Assembly: GCA_041288045.1 (NCBI GenBank) | Contig: JBGGMM010000039.1 | Location: 1-24,363, forward strand | Length of the DNA: 24,363 nucleotides | Origin: Pseudobdellovibrionaceae bacterium | GTDB taxonomy: Bacteria; Bdellovibrionota; Bdellovibrionia; Bdellovibrionales; Bdellovibrionaceae | Reading direction: 5' to 3' | Shown: positions 8,001 to 16,218 of the stretch, in pieces | How the letters are laid out: each line of letters opens with the position of its first letter | How positions within the stretch are numbered: the first letter of the stretch is position 1 | Notes under the pieces: model-generated | The model's database searches: none | Told to the model about the DNA's origin: nothing | Seen by the model: only the letters and a program-made list of their open reading frames with translations | Position numbers and translations under genes: made by a program

Positions 8001-9073
8001 AATATCCAGCCGTTCAATACCATGACTATCTTCAACTGGCTTCACTGCTCTCTTCACAGAAACTGAAATCTGAAGAGTACGGAAAAAAAGCGCATGATGA
8101 AATGCTGTTCATCACCGTTCACCAGACCTATGAGCTTTGGTTCAAACAGATGCTTTTCGAATTGGATTCTGTGCTTGCGACTTTTTCGAAATCCCCAGTT
8201 GATGATTGCGAAATGGGAACAGCCGTGGCCCGACTGGAGCGAATTGTCGACATTCAAAAATTCATCAATGGCCAGATCGATATTTTAGAGACGATGACTC
8301 CGCTTGATTTTCTTGAATTCCGTGAATTTCTCTATCCAGCTTCTGGATTTCAAAGTTTTCAGTGGAGAAGCTTTGAAACCAAGCTCGGCTTGAAAGCCGA
8401 AAGCCGCCATAACTACAATCAGCAGCCTTTTTATTCTCAACTGCAAACGGATCAGCAAAAGCAGATGCAAGAAACCCTTTCTCAGCCCAGTCTTTTTGAA
8501 TTGGTCGAGAGATGGCTCGAAAGAACTCCTTTTCTGCAAAGCCCGGGTTTTGAGTTCTGGAAAACTTATCAAAAAGCAGTTCAGAATCTGGCTGATGCCG
8601 ATCGACAGGTGGTTTTAAAAAACACCAAGCTTTCTGAAGAAGAGAGAAAGAAAAATTTGGATCAAATCGAAGCCAGCTTGCAAACTTTCTCGGCCATTTT
8701 TGATGAAACCAAGTACAAAGAATTGCAAGCTCAAGGTTTTTTCCGAATGTCTGCAAAAGCCCTGCATGCAGCTCTTCTGATTCAGCTCTACCGGGAACAA
8801 CCGGTCTTGCAAATGCCGTTTCGCTTGCTTCAATCACTGTTGGACATTGATGAGTTGATGACCCAGTGGAGATACCGCCATTCTTTGATGGCCCATCGAA
8901 TGCTGGGTCGTAAGATCGGCACAGGGGGCTCTTCTGGACATGATTATCTGAAATCAGCCACAGATCGCCATAAGATCTTTACGGATTTTTTCAATCTCAC
9001 GACTTTTTTCATCCCAAGATCAATGATCCCAGAACTTCCAAAAGAACTGAAAAACAAAATGAGCTTTGCTTAA
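7997..9073 (+). CDS. kynA: Tryptophan 2,3-dioxygenase
   Basis: Motifs YHDYLQL, HDEMLFITVHQTYELWFKQ, LETMTPLDFLEFR, ASGFQSFQ and WRYRH...RMLGRKIGTGGSSG. ATGA overlap with ltaE; GGAG SD upstream. Confidence 0.96.
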   Translation: MKYPAVQYHDYLQLASLLSSQKLKSEEYGKKAHDEMLFITVHQTYELWFKQMLFELDSVLATFSKSPVDDCEMGTAVARLERIVDIQKFINGQIDILETMTPLDFLEFREFLYPASGFQSFQWRSFETKLGLKAESRHNYNQQPFYSQLQTDQQKQMQETLSQPSLFELVERWLERTPFLQSPGFEFWKTYQKAVQNLADADRQVVLKNTKLSEEERKKNLDQIEASLQTFSAIFDETKYKELQAQGFFRMSAKALHAALLIQLYREQPVLQMPFRLLQSLLDIDELMTQWRYRHSLMAHRMLGRKIGTGGSSGHDYLKSATDRHKIFTDFFNLTTFFIPRSMIPELPKELKNKMSFA

Positions 9074-9745
9074 TCAAAGACCTGGAATGAATTGAAATTT
9101 TTCGTTTGAAGAAAAGAGCTTCGAATCTTCAAATAACAGAGCTCTCACCGGCGAAGCATCGGCGCCTTGAATCGGCAGTGGCAAAGCCATCAGGGTGTAA
9201 AGGCCTTCAGGCACTTTTGCCAAAATCAGACCCTCAAGGACTGCCATCTGCGTTCGGTAAAGAGCTTGATGGGATTCTAAAGCTTTGGAGTCTTCGGGGT
9301 CGACACTGGGTGTGTCGATTCCAACTAAAATGCATTTTTGCGAATGCAGATATTCGATCACTTCGGGCGAAAGTGCCATAAAATCTGAATTCCATTGATC
9401 GGGATCGGGAAAAGACAAAGTCTGGAAGAGAATTCTTGGTACCAGAATTTTTTTGGCTTCTAAATCTTTCATCGAGATTCTTTGTCCCTGTCGAGTCGGA
9501 ACATGAATCACTTGGGCGGGGCCGAAAAAAGCCTCCAGCTGTCTTTTTTCGATTCCTTCACCGCTCGCGTGGTAATGCCCGCTGGAATCCGCATGAGCTC
9601 CCAAATGCAAAGTGGTCTCAATCGATGAAAGAAGCAAATGCTGACCTTTTTTGAAATCCATCGAAATGTTTCGACGAAAACCGATGTCGCCTGGAAAAAC
9701 ACCTAGGCCTGGATGAATTTTCGGGGTGAGATCATAAACTTTCAT
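9074..9745 (-). CDS. kynB: Kynurenine formamidase (cyclase family)
   Basis: Motifs DLT...VFPGD, HLGAHAD...H, LVGIDTPSVD, LEGL and ALPLPIQGADASPVRA. It is adjacent to kynA. Confidence 0.88.
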   Translation of the reverse strand: MKVYDLTPKIHPGLGVFPGDIGFRRNISMDFKKGQHLLLSSIETTLHLGAHADSSGHYHASGEGIEKRQLEAFFGPAQVIHVPTRQGQRISMKDLEAKKILVPRILFQTLSFPDPDQWNSDFMALSPEVIEYLHSQKCILVGIDTPSVDPEDSKALESHQALYRTQMAVLEGLILAKVPEGLYTLMALPLPIQGADASPVRALLFEDSKLFSSNEKFQFIPGL

Positions 9746-10224
9746 AGAGCTTTGACCGCTTCTAAAACTTCGCTGGCGTGACCGAGGGCTTTGACTTTGC
9801 GCCAAGCTTTGAGAAGCTGACCTTTTTCGCCGATCAGAAAAGTGCTTCTTTCAATCCCCAGGACCTTGCGCCCGTACATATTTTTTTCTTTGATCACATC
9901 AAAAATCTGACAAGCCGTCTCTTCAGAATCTGAAAGCAGTTCGAATTGAAAATCCTGTTTGCATTTGAAATTATCATGAGATTTCAAAGAATCCCGAGAA
10001 ACACCAAATACTTCGGTTTTGTATTTCTTAAATTCCTTCAACAGTTTTGAAAACTCAAGCCCTTCTGTCGTGCAGCCTGGAGTTGAATCTTTGGGATAAA
10101 AATAGAGAACAATTTTTTTGCCCTTCAAAGCTTTCAGAGAAAATTCTTCTCCCGAAGTCGAAGGCAAAGAGAAATCTGGAACCACATCGCCAATATCTGG
10201 AATTTTATTTTTTTTCAGAGCCAT
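9742..10224 (-). CDS. bcp: Peroxiredoxin, BCP/PrxQ type
   Basis: Motifs VLYFYPKDSTPGCTTE, GVSRDS, KNMYG and GIERSTFLI. Confidence 0.95.
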   Translation of the reverse strand: MALKKNKIPDIGDVVPDFSLPSTSGEEFSLKALKGKKIVLYFYPKDSTPGCTTEGLEFSKLLKEFKKYKTEVFGVSRDSLKSHDNFKCKQDFQFELLSDSEETACQIFDVIKEKNMYGRKVLGIERSTFLIGEKGQLLKAWRKVKALGHASEVLEAVKAL

Positions 10225-10265
10225 ACCCCACAAATTAGTTCAATTGGGGTCCATCTGACAAGCAA

Positions 10266-11459
10266 TCAAGTTTGAGCTTCTGGCGGCACGTCCGCAGCTT
10301 CAAAATGGCTATCCGGTTGAGGCGGAGCTTGATTCGGATCTTCGGTCGGTTCACCTTCTGGTGGTTGCACAAACTGAGGGTCTTCCTCGGCATGCTGATC
10401 ACCCACATATTCCCCAGAAATTTCGCCTGGCGCCAATCCTTCACTTGCTGCCGCTGCGGCAGCATGCGAATCGGTCACTTCATTCGTTCCCTTTGGATTC
10501 TTGCCTTTGGTTCCATTCTTTTTATCACCGGCTCCAGGAGAAGCCTCTTCTGCTTGCATCTCTTCTGGAGTTGGCGGTGGAGGCACATCATCTGCGCTCT
10601 CTTCTTCTTGTTTGTCCACACCGGTGATTTTGATTTTTATTTTGTTGTCGTATGCAAAATCTTCGAACAGACCCACTTTATTTTTTCCGCTATCGAGTGT
10701 GTTGATCACGTCCCATTTCATTGTTGTCGGCTTGTCTTTTTTATTTCGATCATGCACGAATTGACTGATCTTCATATAATTGGGTTCTGATAATTCTTGC
10801 GCCAAATTCTGACAATTCAATTGCTGAATCAGGGCCGTTTTCTCTTCGACGACAAAGGTAAAATCGCACTTGGGCGCAATTCCTAAATGATTTAATTTTT
10901 CACCAATATATTTTCTGAGATTTTTTGGGTAAGTGCCAAACTTCCAGTGAGTCGCATCTTTTTTCTGAAAGTAAGCAACTGGAAACTGTTGACCGGGTTG
11001 CTGAACACCACAGTTTCGAGCCATGAGGTAATAATACGGGGATTTTTCTGGCTTTTTAAAATCGAAATCAAGTCCCTTTTTGCATGGAACTTTTTGATCT
11101 TCATAGGGAAAACCGCTTTCATCATCATTTTTTTGGCTCAGTCCATCGATGACCATCCCAAACACGTTGAGTGTCTGATAATTTTCCTGCTCAGTAATCA
11201 CTCGTAGAACTTGAATGTACATGCTTTCGCTTTGTCTAAAGATCTCAATCAAAGCTTTCACATCTTCAGCTTTTTGCTTTATCGCTTTCTTTACTGCAGG
11301 CTCGAGATTGTTCAGGTTTTTCGTCATCTTGCCGTTTTTGCTATTTTTGAACTGATCTTCTTTTTTCTCTTTGATACCATTGACCTGAACCGAAGAGCTC
11401 TCTCGATCGCAGGCAACAAAAACCAAAACGCCAAAACAAAATATAAAGAAGATTTTCAT
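10266..11459 (-). CDS. Hypothetical lipoprotein with an acidic Pro-rich C-terminal tail
   Basis: MKIFFIFCFGVLVFVA-C lipobox. It has four further Cys residues and a long disordered-looking E/D/P/A-rich tail. Confidence 0.8.
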   Translation of the reverse strand: MKIFFIFCFGVLVFVACDRESSSVQVNGIKEKKEDQFKNSKNGKMTKNLNNLEPAVKKAIKQKAEDVKALIEIFRQSESMYIQVLRVITEQENYQTLNVFGMVIDGLSQKNDDESGFPYEDQKVPCKKGLDFDFKKPEKSPYYYLMARNCGVQQPGQQFPVAYFQKKDATHWKFGTYPKNLRKYIGEKLNHLGIAPKCDFTFVVEEKTALIQQLNCQNLAQELSEPNYMKISQFVHDRNKKDKPTTMKWDVINTLDSGKNKVGLFEDFAYDNKIKIKITGVDKQEEESADDVPPPPTPEEMQAEEASPGAGDKKNGTKGKNPKGTNEVTDSHAAAAAASEGLAPGEISGEYVGDQHAEEDPQFVQPPEGEPTEDPNQAPPQPDSHFEAADVPPEAQT

Positions 11460-11534
11460 GCCTGGGCCCATTTCACACCTCAAGCCTAGCAGGAGCAAAC
11501 CAAGGGCCACCAGCCACCACACATAGGCTAGTTA

Positions 11535-11580
11535 TATCAATAGCTTATGTGCCCATCTTCAAGTCCCATTTTGAGACAGC
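11535..11580. promoter_or_regulatory. IHF-consensus site plus imperfect palindrome GTCCCA-TTT-TGAGAC
   Basis: TATCAA-TAGC-TTA (11535-11547) matches WATCAANNNNTTR. The palindrome is at 11563-11577, and a near-copy occurs at 21606. Confidence 0.45.
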
Positions 11581-11702
11581 GCAAAAAGATTGCCTAGTTC
11601 GGCACTGGCCTGTCGAATCTTTGATCACAGCTTGTTCTTGCTTGCTGGGGAAAGATTCTGAAGAATTGAAATAATCTTTTTACGATCACGAAGGAGTCTT
11701 TC

Positions 11703-13376
11703 ATGGCGTCGGCATCTCAAGAGAAAGTTTGGCTGAAAAACTACCCTCCGGGAGTTCCGCCCGAAATCAACTCCAATCAATTTCAAAATATCATGGAAGT
11801 TTTTGATCATGCCGTGCGAAAGTTTAAAACAGGCCCCGCATTTTCGAATTTAGGCGCGACGATCAGCTTTGAAGAGTTGGATCACAAGGTCGGCCAGTTT
11901 GCCTCTTTTCTGCAAAATGAATTGAACTTGAAAAAAGGCGATCGAATCGCCATTCAAATGCCAAATCTTTTGCAGTTCCCCATCGCCCTTTTTGGCGCTC
12001 TTCGTGCTGGTCTGATCATCGTCAACACCAATCCTCTCTACACTCCGAAAGAAATGCGCCACCAATTTAAGGATTCTGGCGCCAAAGCCGTCGTCATTCT
12101 GGCCAACTACGCGGCTCACCTCGAAGAGATTCTCAAAGAAACCGAAGTGCAAAGCATCGTCATCACTGAAATTGGCGATCTTCTGCCTTTTCCAAAAAGT
12201 CTTTTGGTGAATTCAGTTGTGAAATACGTCAAAAAAATGGTGCCCGCCTATACACTGACCCAAGCTTACAGTTTCAAACAAGCTCTCGAGATCGGAAGCC
12301 AAAGACCTTATAAAGAAGTTGCAACCAGCTCTTCTGAAACCGCATTTCTTCAATACACCGGCGGAACAACCGGAGTTTCCAAAGGTGCTGTCCTCACTCA
12401 CAAAAACGTGATTTCAAATATGCTTCAGATCTTGGCCTGGATGAGCCCGCTGCTTGAAGAGGGAAAAGAAGTCATCATCACAGCTCTGCCGCTTTATCAT
12501 ATTTTTTCTCTGACAGTGAACTGCCTGGCCTTTATGACTTACGGCGGTCACAACATTCTAATCACCAATCCAAAAGACATTCCAGCTTTTATCAAAACAC
12601 TGAGATCGACTCCTTTCACTGTGATGACTGGCGTGAACACTCTTTTCAACGCTCTCATGAACCATCCGGATTTTGACAAAATCAGTTTTTCAAAAGTGAA
12701 AATTTCTGTGGGTGGCGCCATGGCTTTGCAAAGACCTGTGGCTGAAAAATGGAAGCAAAGAACCAAAAGCCCCATCTTTGAAGGCTATGGTTTGACGGAA
12801 GCCTCACCGGTTGTCTGCTGCAACCCGATTCTTGGCGGAAGTGACATGGTCGGAACTATTGGCATGCCTTTGCCCTCAACCGTCGTGAAAATTGTCGATG
12901 ACAACGGCAATGAAGTGGCTCAGGGACAGGAAGGCGAGCTCTGTGTGCAGGGACCGCAAGTCATGAAAGAGTATTTCAACAAACCAGAAGAAACACAAAA
13001 AGTTCTGAAAAACGGCTGGCTGCTCACAGGCGATATCGCCATCATGCTGGACAATGGCTTTTTTAAAATCGTCGATCGCAAAAAAGACATGATCTTAGTC
13101 TCTGGCTTTAACGTCTATCCGAACGAAGTCGAAGAAGCCATTGCCTCTCATCCCGGAGTGCTCGAAATCGCCGCTGTCGGACTCCCCGACGAGCATTCAG
13201 GCGAAGTGGTCAAAGCCTTCATCGTCAAAAAAGACCCCTCACTCACCGAAGCCCAAGTGATCGCTCACGCCAAAAAATCCCTCACCAACTACAAAGTCCC
13301 CAAATTCGTCGAATTCCGCACCGAACTGCCAAAAACAAACGTCGGAAAGATTTTAAGACGAGCTTTGAGAACCTAA
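11703..13376 (+). CDS. fadD: Long-chain-fatty-acid--CoA ligase
   Basis: Motifs WLKNYPPGVP, LQYTGGTTGVSKG, LPLYHIF, EGYGLTEASP, TGDIA, DRKKDMILVSGFNVYPNE and LPKTNVGKILRR. AAGGAG SD upstream. Confidence 0.96.
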   Translation: MASASQEKVWLKNYPPGVPPEINSNQFQNIMEVFDHAVRKFKTGPAFSNLGATISFEELDHKVGQFASFLQNELNLKKGDRIAIQMPNLLQFPIALFGALRAGLIIVNTNPLYTPKEMRHQFKDSGAKAVVILANYAAHLEEILKETEVQSIVITEIGDLLPFPKSLLVNSVVKYVKKMVPAYTLTQAYSFKQALEIGSQRPYKEVATSSSETAFLQYTGGTTGVSKGAVLTHKNVISNMLQILAWMSPLLEEGKEVIITALPLYHIFSLTVNCLAFMTYGGHNILITNPKDIPAFIKTLRSTPFTVMTGVNTLFNALMNHPDFDKISFSKVKISVGGAMALQRPVAEKWKQRTKSPIFEGYGLTEASPVVCCNPILGGSDMVGTIGMPLPSTVVKIVDDNGNEVAQGQEGELCVQGPQVMKEYFNKPEETQKVLKNGWLLTGDIAIMLDNGFFKIVDRKKDMILVSGFNVYPNEVEEAIASHPGVLEIAAVGLPDEHSGEVVKAFIVKKDPSLTEAQVIAHAKKSLTNYKVPKFVEFRTELPKTNVGKILRRALRT

Positions 13377-13377
13377 A

Positions 13378-13712
13378 CCTTTTGTTTTTCTGGAAACTCG
13401 CCGTAGGCGAGCCCCGATGGGGTGAGGCAATGGACATGGATGGTCAAGATCAAACGAAGACGCGGGCTTCGCACACCACTTCACCAAATTAATTCGTGAC
13501 GAGCCCCCATCCATGATGTTGTCCGTTGGTATGGTGTGCCGACGGTAAACGCAAGTGCGTCCGTCCATGCGAAGGCTCCCCGACGGCCATCGTGACCGTC
13601 GGGCAAGTGAATAAAAGGCTGCTCGATTTCTGCACTCCCTCTATCGTCAACCTATAGGTGCACGCTAGTCAGAGTGCTTGAACGAAACCAGCGGTCGCGC
13701 TGTGGTGATTCA
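13378..13712. ncRNA. Candidate structured non-coding element (sRNA, 3'UTR or REP/MITE-like repeat)
   Basis: GC-rich intergenic tract with many stems: CTCGCC/GGCGAG, CATGGATGG/CCATCCATG, GCACACCA/TGGTGTGC, GACGG/CCGTC, CCCGACGG/CCGTCGGG, GCACTC/GAGTGC and CAGCG/CGCTG. No known family was recognised. Confidence 0.5.
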
Positions 13713-13717
13713 TTGAT

Positions 13718-13752
13718 AAAAAACCGGCTCAGATTTTCTCTGGCCGGTTTTT
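13718..13752. terminator. Bidirectional intrinsic terminator
   Basis: AAAAACCGGC(T)CAGA-TTTTC-TCTGGCCGGTTTTT hairpin with A and T runs on the two sides, between convergent fadD and HiPIP genes. Confidence 0.8.
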
Positions 13753-13776
13753 GTGGAATTGAAAAATTTTTTTTAA

Positions 13777-14193
13777 TTATGCTTTTTTGGACCAGCTGGC
13801 GCACCAGCCTCCGCCTTTGACGAGCATGCCTGCGAAAAGAGTGCATTTGCCGACTTCTTCTCCGTCTTTCATTCCAGCTTTGGTGTAGAGCATGCATTTC
13901 GAGCAGGTCTGCTGAGCAAAGGGAACTCCGGCTCGGTCCACTTTGAGTTTGGCGTCTTTCACATCTGAATTTTTGAAATGATACTGAACACTGGCTGCCA
14001 TACCCTCACCTGGCTTCACCAGAGGCAAAGCCAAATCTCCGCCGCCACTGCCAGTCGCTGCAGTCCCACTAGGGGCTGCGCCTCCTCGGCGTCGCTCCTG
14101 AGCCATCACCGAATTTGCCAACAGAACGGCACCACCAGCTCCGAGAGCCAATTTAACAAAATCACGTCGAGAATTTGAATTTCCTTGAGACAT
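13777..14193 (-). CDS. High-potential iron-sulfur protein (HiPIP), Tat-exported
   Basis: Twin-arginine motif SRRDFVK. Four-Cys pattern CSKCMLY...GKCTLFAGMLVKGGGWCASW. AAGGAG SD upstream. Confidence 0.9.
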   Translation of the reverse strand: MSQGNSNSRRDFVKLALGAGGAVLLANSVMAQERRRGGAAPSGTAATGSGGGDLALPLVKPGEGMAASVQYHFKNSDVKDAKLKVDRAGVPFAQQTCSKCMLYTKAGMKDGEEVGKCTLFAGMLVKGGGWCASWSKKA

Positions 14194-14274
14194 CGATTTC
14201 TCCTTCTTGCAATAGGTAAAGACAATTGAACACCCAAAGCAAATGAAAGTGAAATGAAAACTTTTTGAGAAAGA

Positions 14275-14703
14275 TCAGTGCTGCGAGTGTGAATGCGAGT
14301 CAGTGGCGCAGTGTGAACAGGAGCGTCGATTGACCCAATGAGCGGTCATTAAAAGACCACTTCCTAAAATCATCAAAACAGGCTCGTTCCAAGAAAAGTT
14401 CAAGCGATGCACCAGGAAAGGAGTTCCAACAACCAAGAAGAGTCCAGGCAATCCCATTGCCAAAACCCAATAATTGCGATGATGACGAATGCCAGAAACA
14501 AAAGCCAAAAGCCCCACAGGCAGAACAAAAAGCGCTAACAAAATGTGAAGCCCAGGATGAGCCAAATAATAACGGGCCATCAGTGGCAAAGACAGAATCA
14601 AAACTGGTGTGAGAAGGCAGTGAAGGGCGCAGACAAAGGAAAGCCCCATCCCGAAACGATCCCAATTCACATAGTTCAGGTTTTTCAACATCCAAGTTTT
14701 CAT
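14275..14703 (-). CDS. MerC-domain membrane protein with a Cys/His-rich tail
   Basis: DRFGMGLSFVCALHCLLTP, four hydrophobic segments, GIRHHR, AHWVNRR and the tail CSHCATDSHSHSQH. AAGGAG SD precedes ATG 14703. Confidence 0.85.
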   Translation of the reverse strand: MKTWMLKNLNYVNWDRFGMGLSFVCALHCLLTPVLILSLPLMARYYLAHPGLHILLALFVLPVGLLAFVSGIRHHRNYWVLAMGLPGLFLVVGTPFLVHRLNFSWNEPVLMILGSGLLMTAHWVNRRSCSHCATDSHSHSQH

Positions 14704-14817
14704 TCGTCTCTCCTTTATGACCTCTCCATTGCGGGCAGTCAATGTCTGAGCCTGAGAGTGCCCAGGAAGCTGGATCTTCCATTTCATTTTTTCTAAAGCC
14801 CTGATAGCGTTTCTTTC

Positions 14818-16218
14818 ATGGCCCTTTCTAGACCGATTATTTTTGAGCTGGGACCCGACTTTTACGACGCTGTTCAAGCCGCCCCTTTTCCGAAATCTGA
14901 GCCGCGCTTTCTGAATCAGGAAAAAGCCCAGTTTTTAGACTTGCAAGATCTTCAAACCGCCGCCGATTGGATCCGCCGTCTGCACCATTTCGAAGCTTGG
15001 CCCGACAACCTCAAAGAGCCTTTGGCGCTTCGCTATCATGGTCATCAATTTCAACATTACAACCCGGACCTGGGAGATGGCCGCGGCTTTCTCTTTGCGC
15101 AATTTGAAGGAAAAGACGGGAAGATCTATGACCTTGGAACGAAAGGCAGCGGTCAAACACCTTACTCCAGAGCTGGCGATGGCCGTCTCACCTTGAAAGG
15201 CGCCGTCCGGGAAGCCCTGGCCACTGAACTTTTAGAAAGCCTGGGGGTCAATACCAGCAAAACTTTCTGCTTCTTTGAAACTGGGGAAGCTTTGCAAAGA
15301 GGCGATGAGCCCTCCCCCACTCGCTCAGCTGTTCTCACTCGAATGAGCCACAGTCACATCCGAATTGGAACTTTTCAACGACTGGCCTTTTTAGGACAAA
15401 AAGAAAATCTTCTGAAGCTTTTGAAGTATTGCTGCCGTCATTACTTTCCGCACCTCTCAAGTTCTGAGCAAAACCATCCGGCCGAATTTCTGACGGAAGT
15501 GACCTCAAGACTGGCCAAGCTTTCAGCTCAATACATGATTTCCGGATTTGTGCATGGAGTTCTGAATTCAGACAATATCAATATCACAGGTGAGAGTTTT
15601 GATTATGGGCCCTACCGATTTTTGCCAATCTACGATCCCACTTTCACTGCCGCTTACTTTGACCAAGCCGGCCTTTACTGCTTTGGGCGTCAGCCCACCG
15701 CCATTCACTGGAATCTCACTCAACTGGCTGAAAGCTTAAAACTCTCGTCTCCCGATCTTAACAGCGAAGGGATCCTTTCTGAATTTGGCGTGATTTTCGC
15801 TCACGAAGTCATTCGGCTTTTTTTTCATCGTTTGAACCTGACTCCTCAAGATGAAGAAAAAAACGATGAACTCCTCTCTCGATTTTATCTTTTTCTGGCC
15901 AAATCCAAAATTGGCTATGAGCAGGCTTTTTATGATCTCTTCTCGGGCCTGGATGAAAGTCGTCTGGCTCGCTCACCGGGCTCTGCTTTTTATCAAGGAG
16001 AAGAATTTGAAAACCTCAAACAATGCCTGAAATCTTTTTCAGTGGCTGATTCCCAAAAGATCCAGAACAAGTATTTTCAAAGCAGCAAGGCTTGTACTCT
16101 TTTGATTGATGAAATTGAAAACATTTGGAGTGCAATCGCTCAAAATGACGACTGGTCGATTTTCAATCAGAAAATCGACCAGATCAGAGCCTTTCGTGGA
16201 ATTTACAAATTATTTTGA
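14818..16218 (+). CDS. selO: Protein adenylyltransferase SelO (YdiU family)
   Basis: Motifs YHGHQF, LGDGRG, KGSGQTPYSRAGDGR, SHIRIGTF, GFVHGVLNSDN, DYGPY and QPTAIHWNL. Confidence 0.95.
   Translation: MALSRPIIFELGPDFYDAVQAAPFPKSEPRFLNQEKAQFLDLQDLQTAADWIRRLHHFEAWPDNLKEPLALRYHGHQFQHYNPDLGDGRGFLFAQFEGKDGKIYDLGTKGSGQTPYSRAGDGRLTLKGAVREALATELLESLGVNTSKTFCFFETGEALQRGDEPSPTRSAVLTRMSHSHIRIGTFQRLAFLGQKENLLKLLKYCCRHYFPHLSSSEQNHPAEFLTEVTSRLAKLSAQYMISGFVHGVLNSDNINITGESFDYGPYRFLPIYDPTFTAAYFDQAGLYCFGRQPTAIHWNLTQLAESLKLSSPDLNSEGILSEFGVIFAHEVIRLFFHRLNLTPQDEEKNDELLSRFYLFLAKSKIGYEQAFYDLFSGLDESRLARSPGSAFYQGEEFENLKQCLKSFSVADSQKIQNKYFQSSKACTLLIDEIENIWSAIAQNDDWSIFNQKIDQIRAFRGIYKLF

Noticed and set aside
8265..8837. 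Long antisense or alternate-frame ORFs (also 3180-3659, 7179-7652, 10272-10790, 18065-18535, 23688-24092)
   Set aside because: They are shadows of well-supported genes and show no motifs of their own.
11593..11619. Possible sigma28 promoter CCTAG-N14-GTCGAATC, and TCAAG...TCCGACAT near 21671-21694
   Set aside because: Too many mismatches or wrong spacing to call without a lineage-specific model.
13353..13568. 71-aa minus-strand ORF inside the structured element
   Set aside because: No SD or recognisable motif, it overlaps the fadD end, and the region is better explained by base pairing.
13541..13580. GGTAAAC...GCGAAGGC resembling a c-di-GMP-I riboswitch; ribozyme, tmRNA, RNase P and SRP RNA were also considered
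   Set aside because: It lacks the GNRA tetraloop and GCAAAR core, and no signature of the other RNA classes was found by eye. An Rfam scan is needed to exclude them formally.
14704..14817. CTCTCAGG and GGAGAG in the merC-like leader, recalling a glycine riboswitch
   Set aside because: The motifs are in the wrong order, the CCGAAG element is missing, and the space is short.
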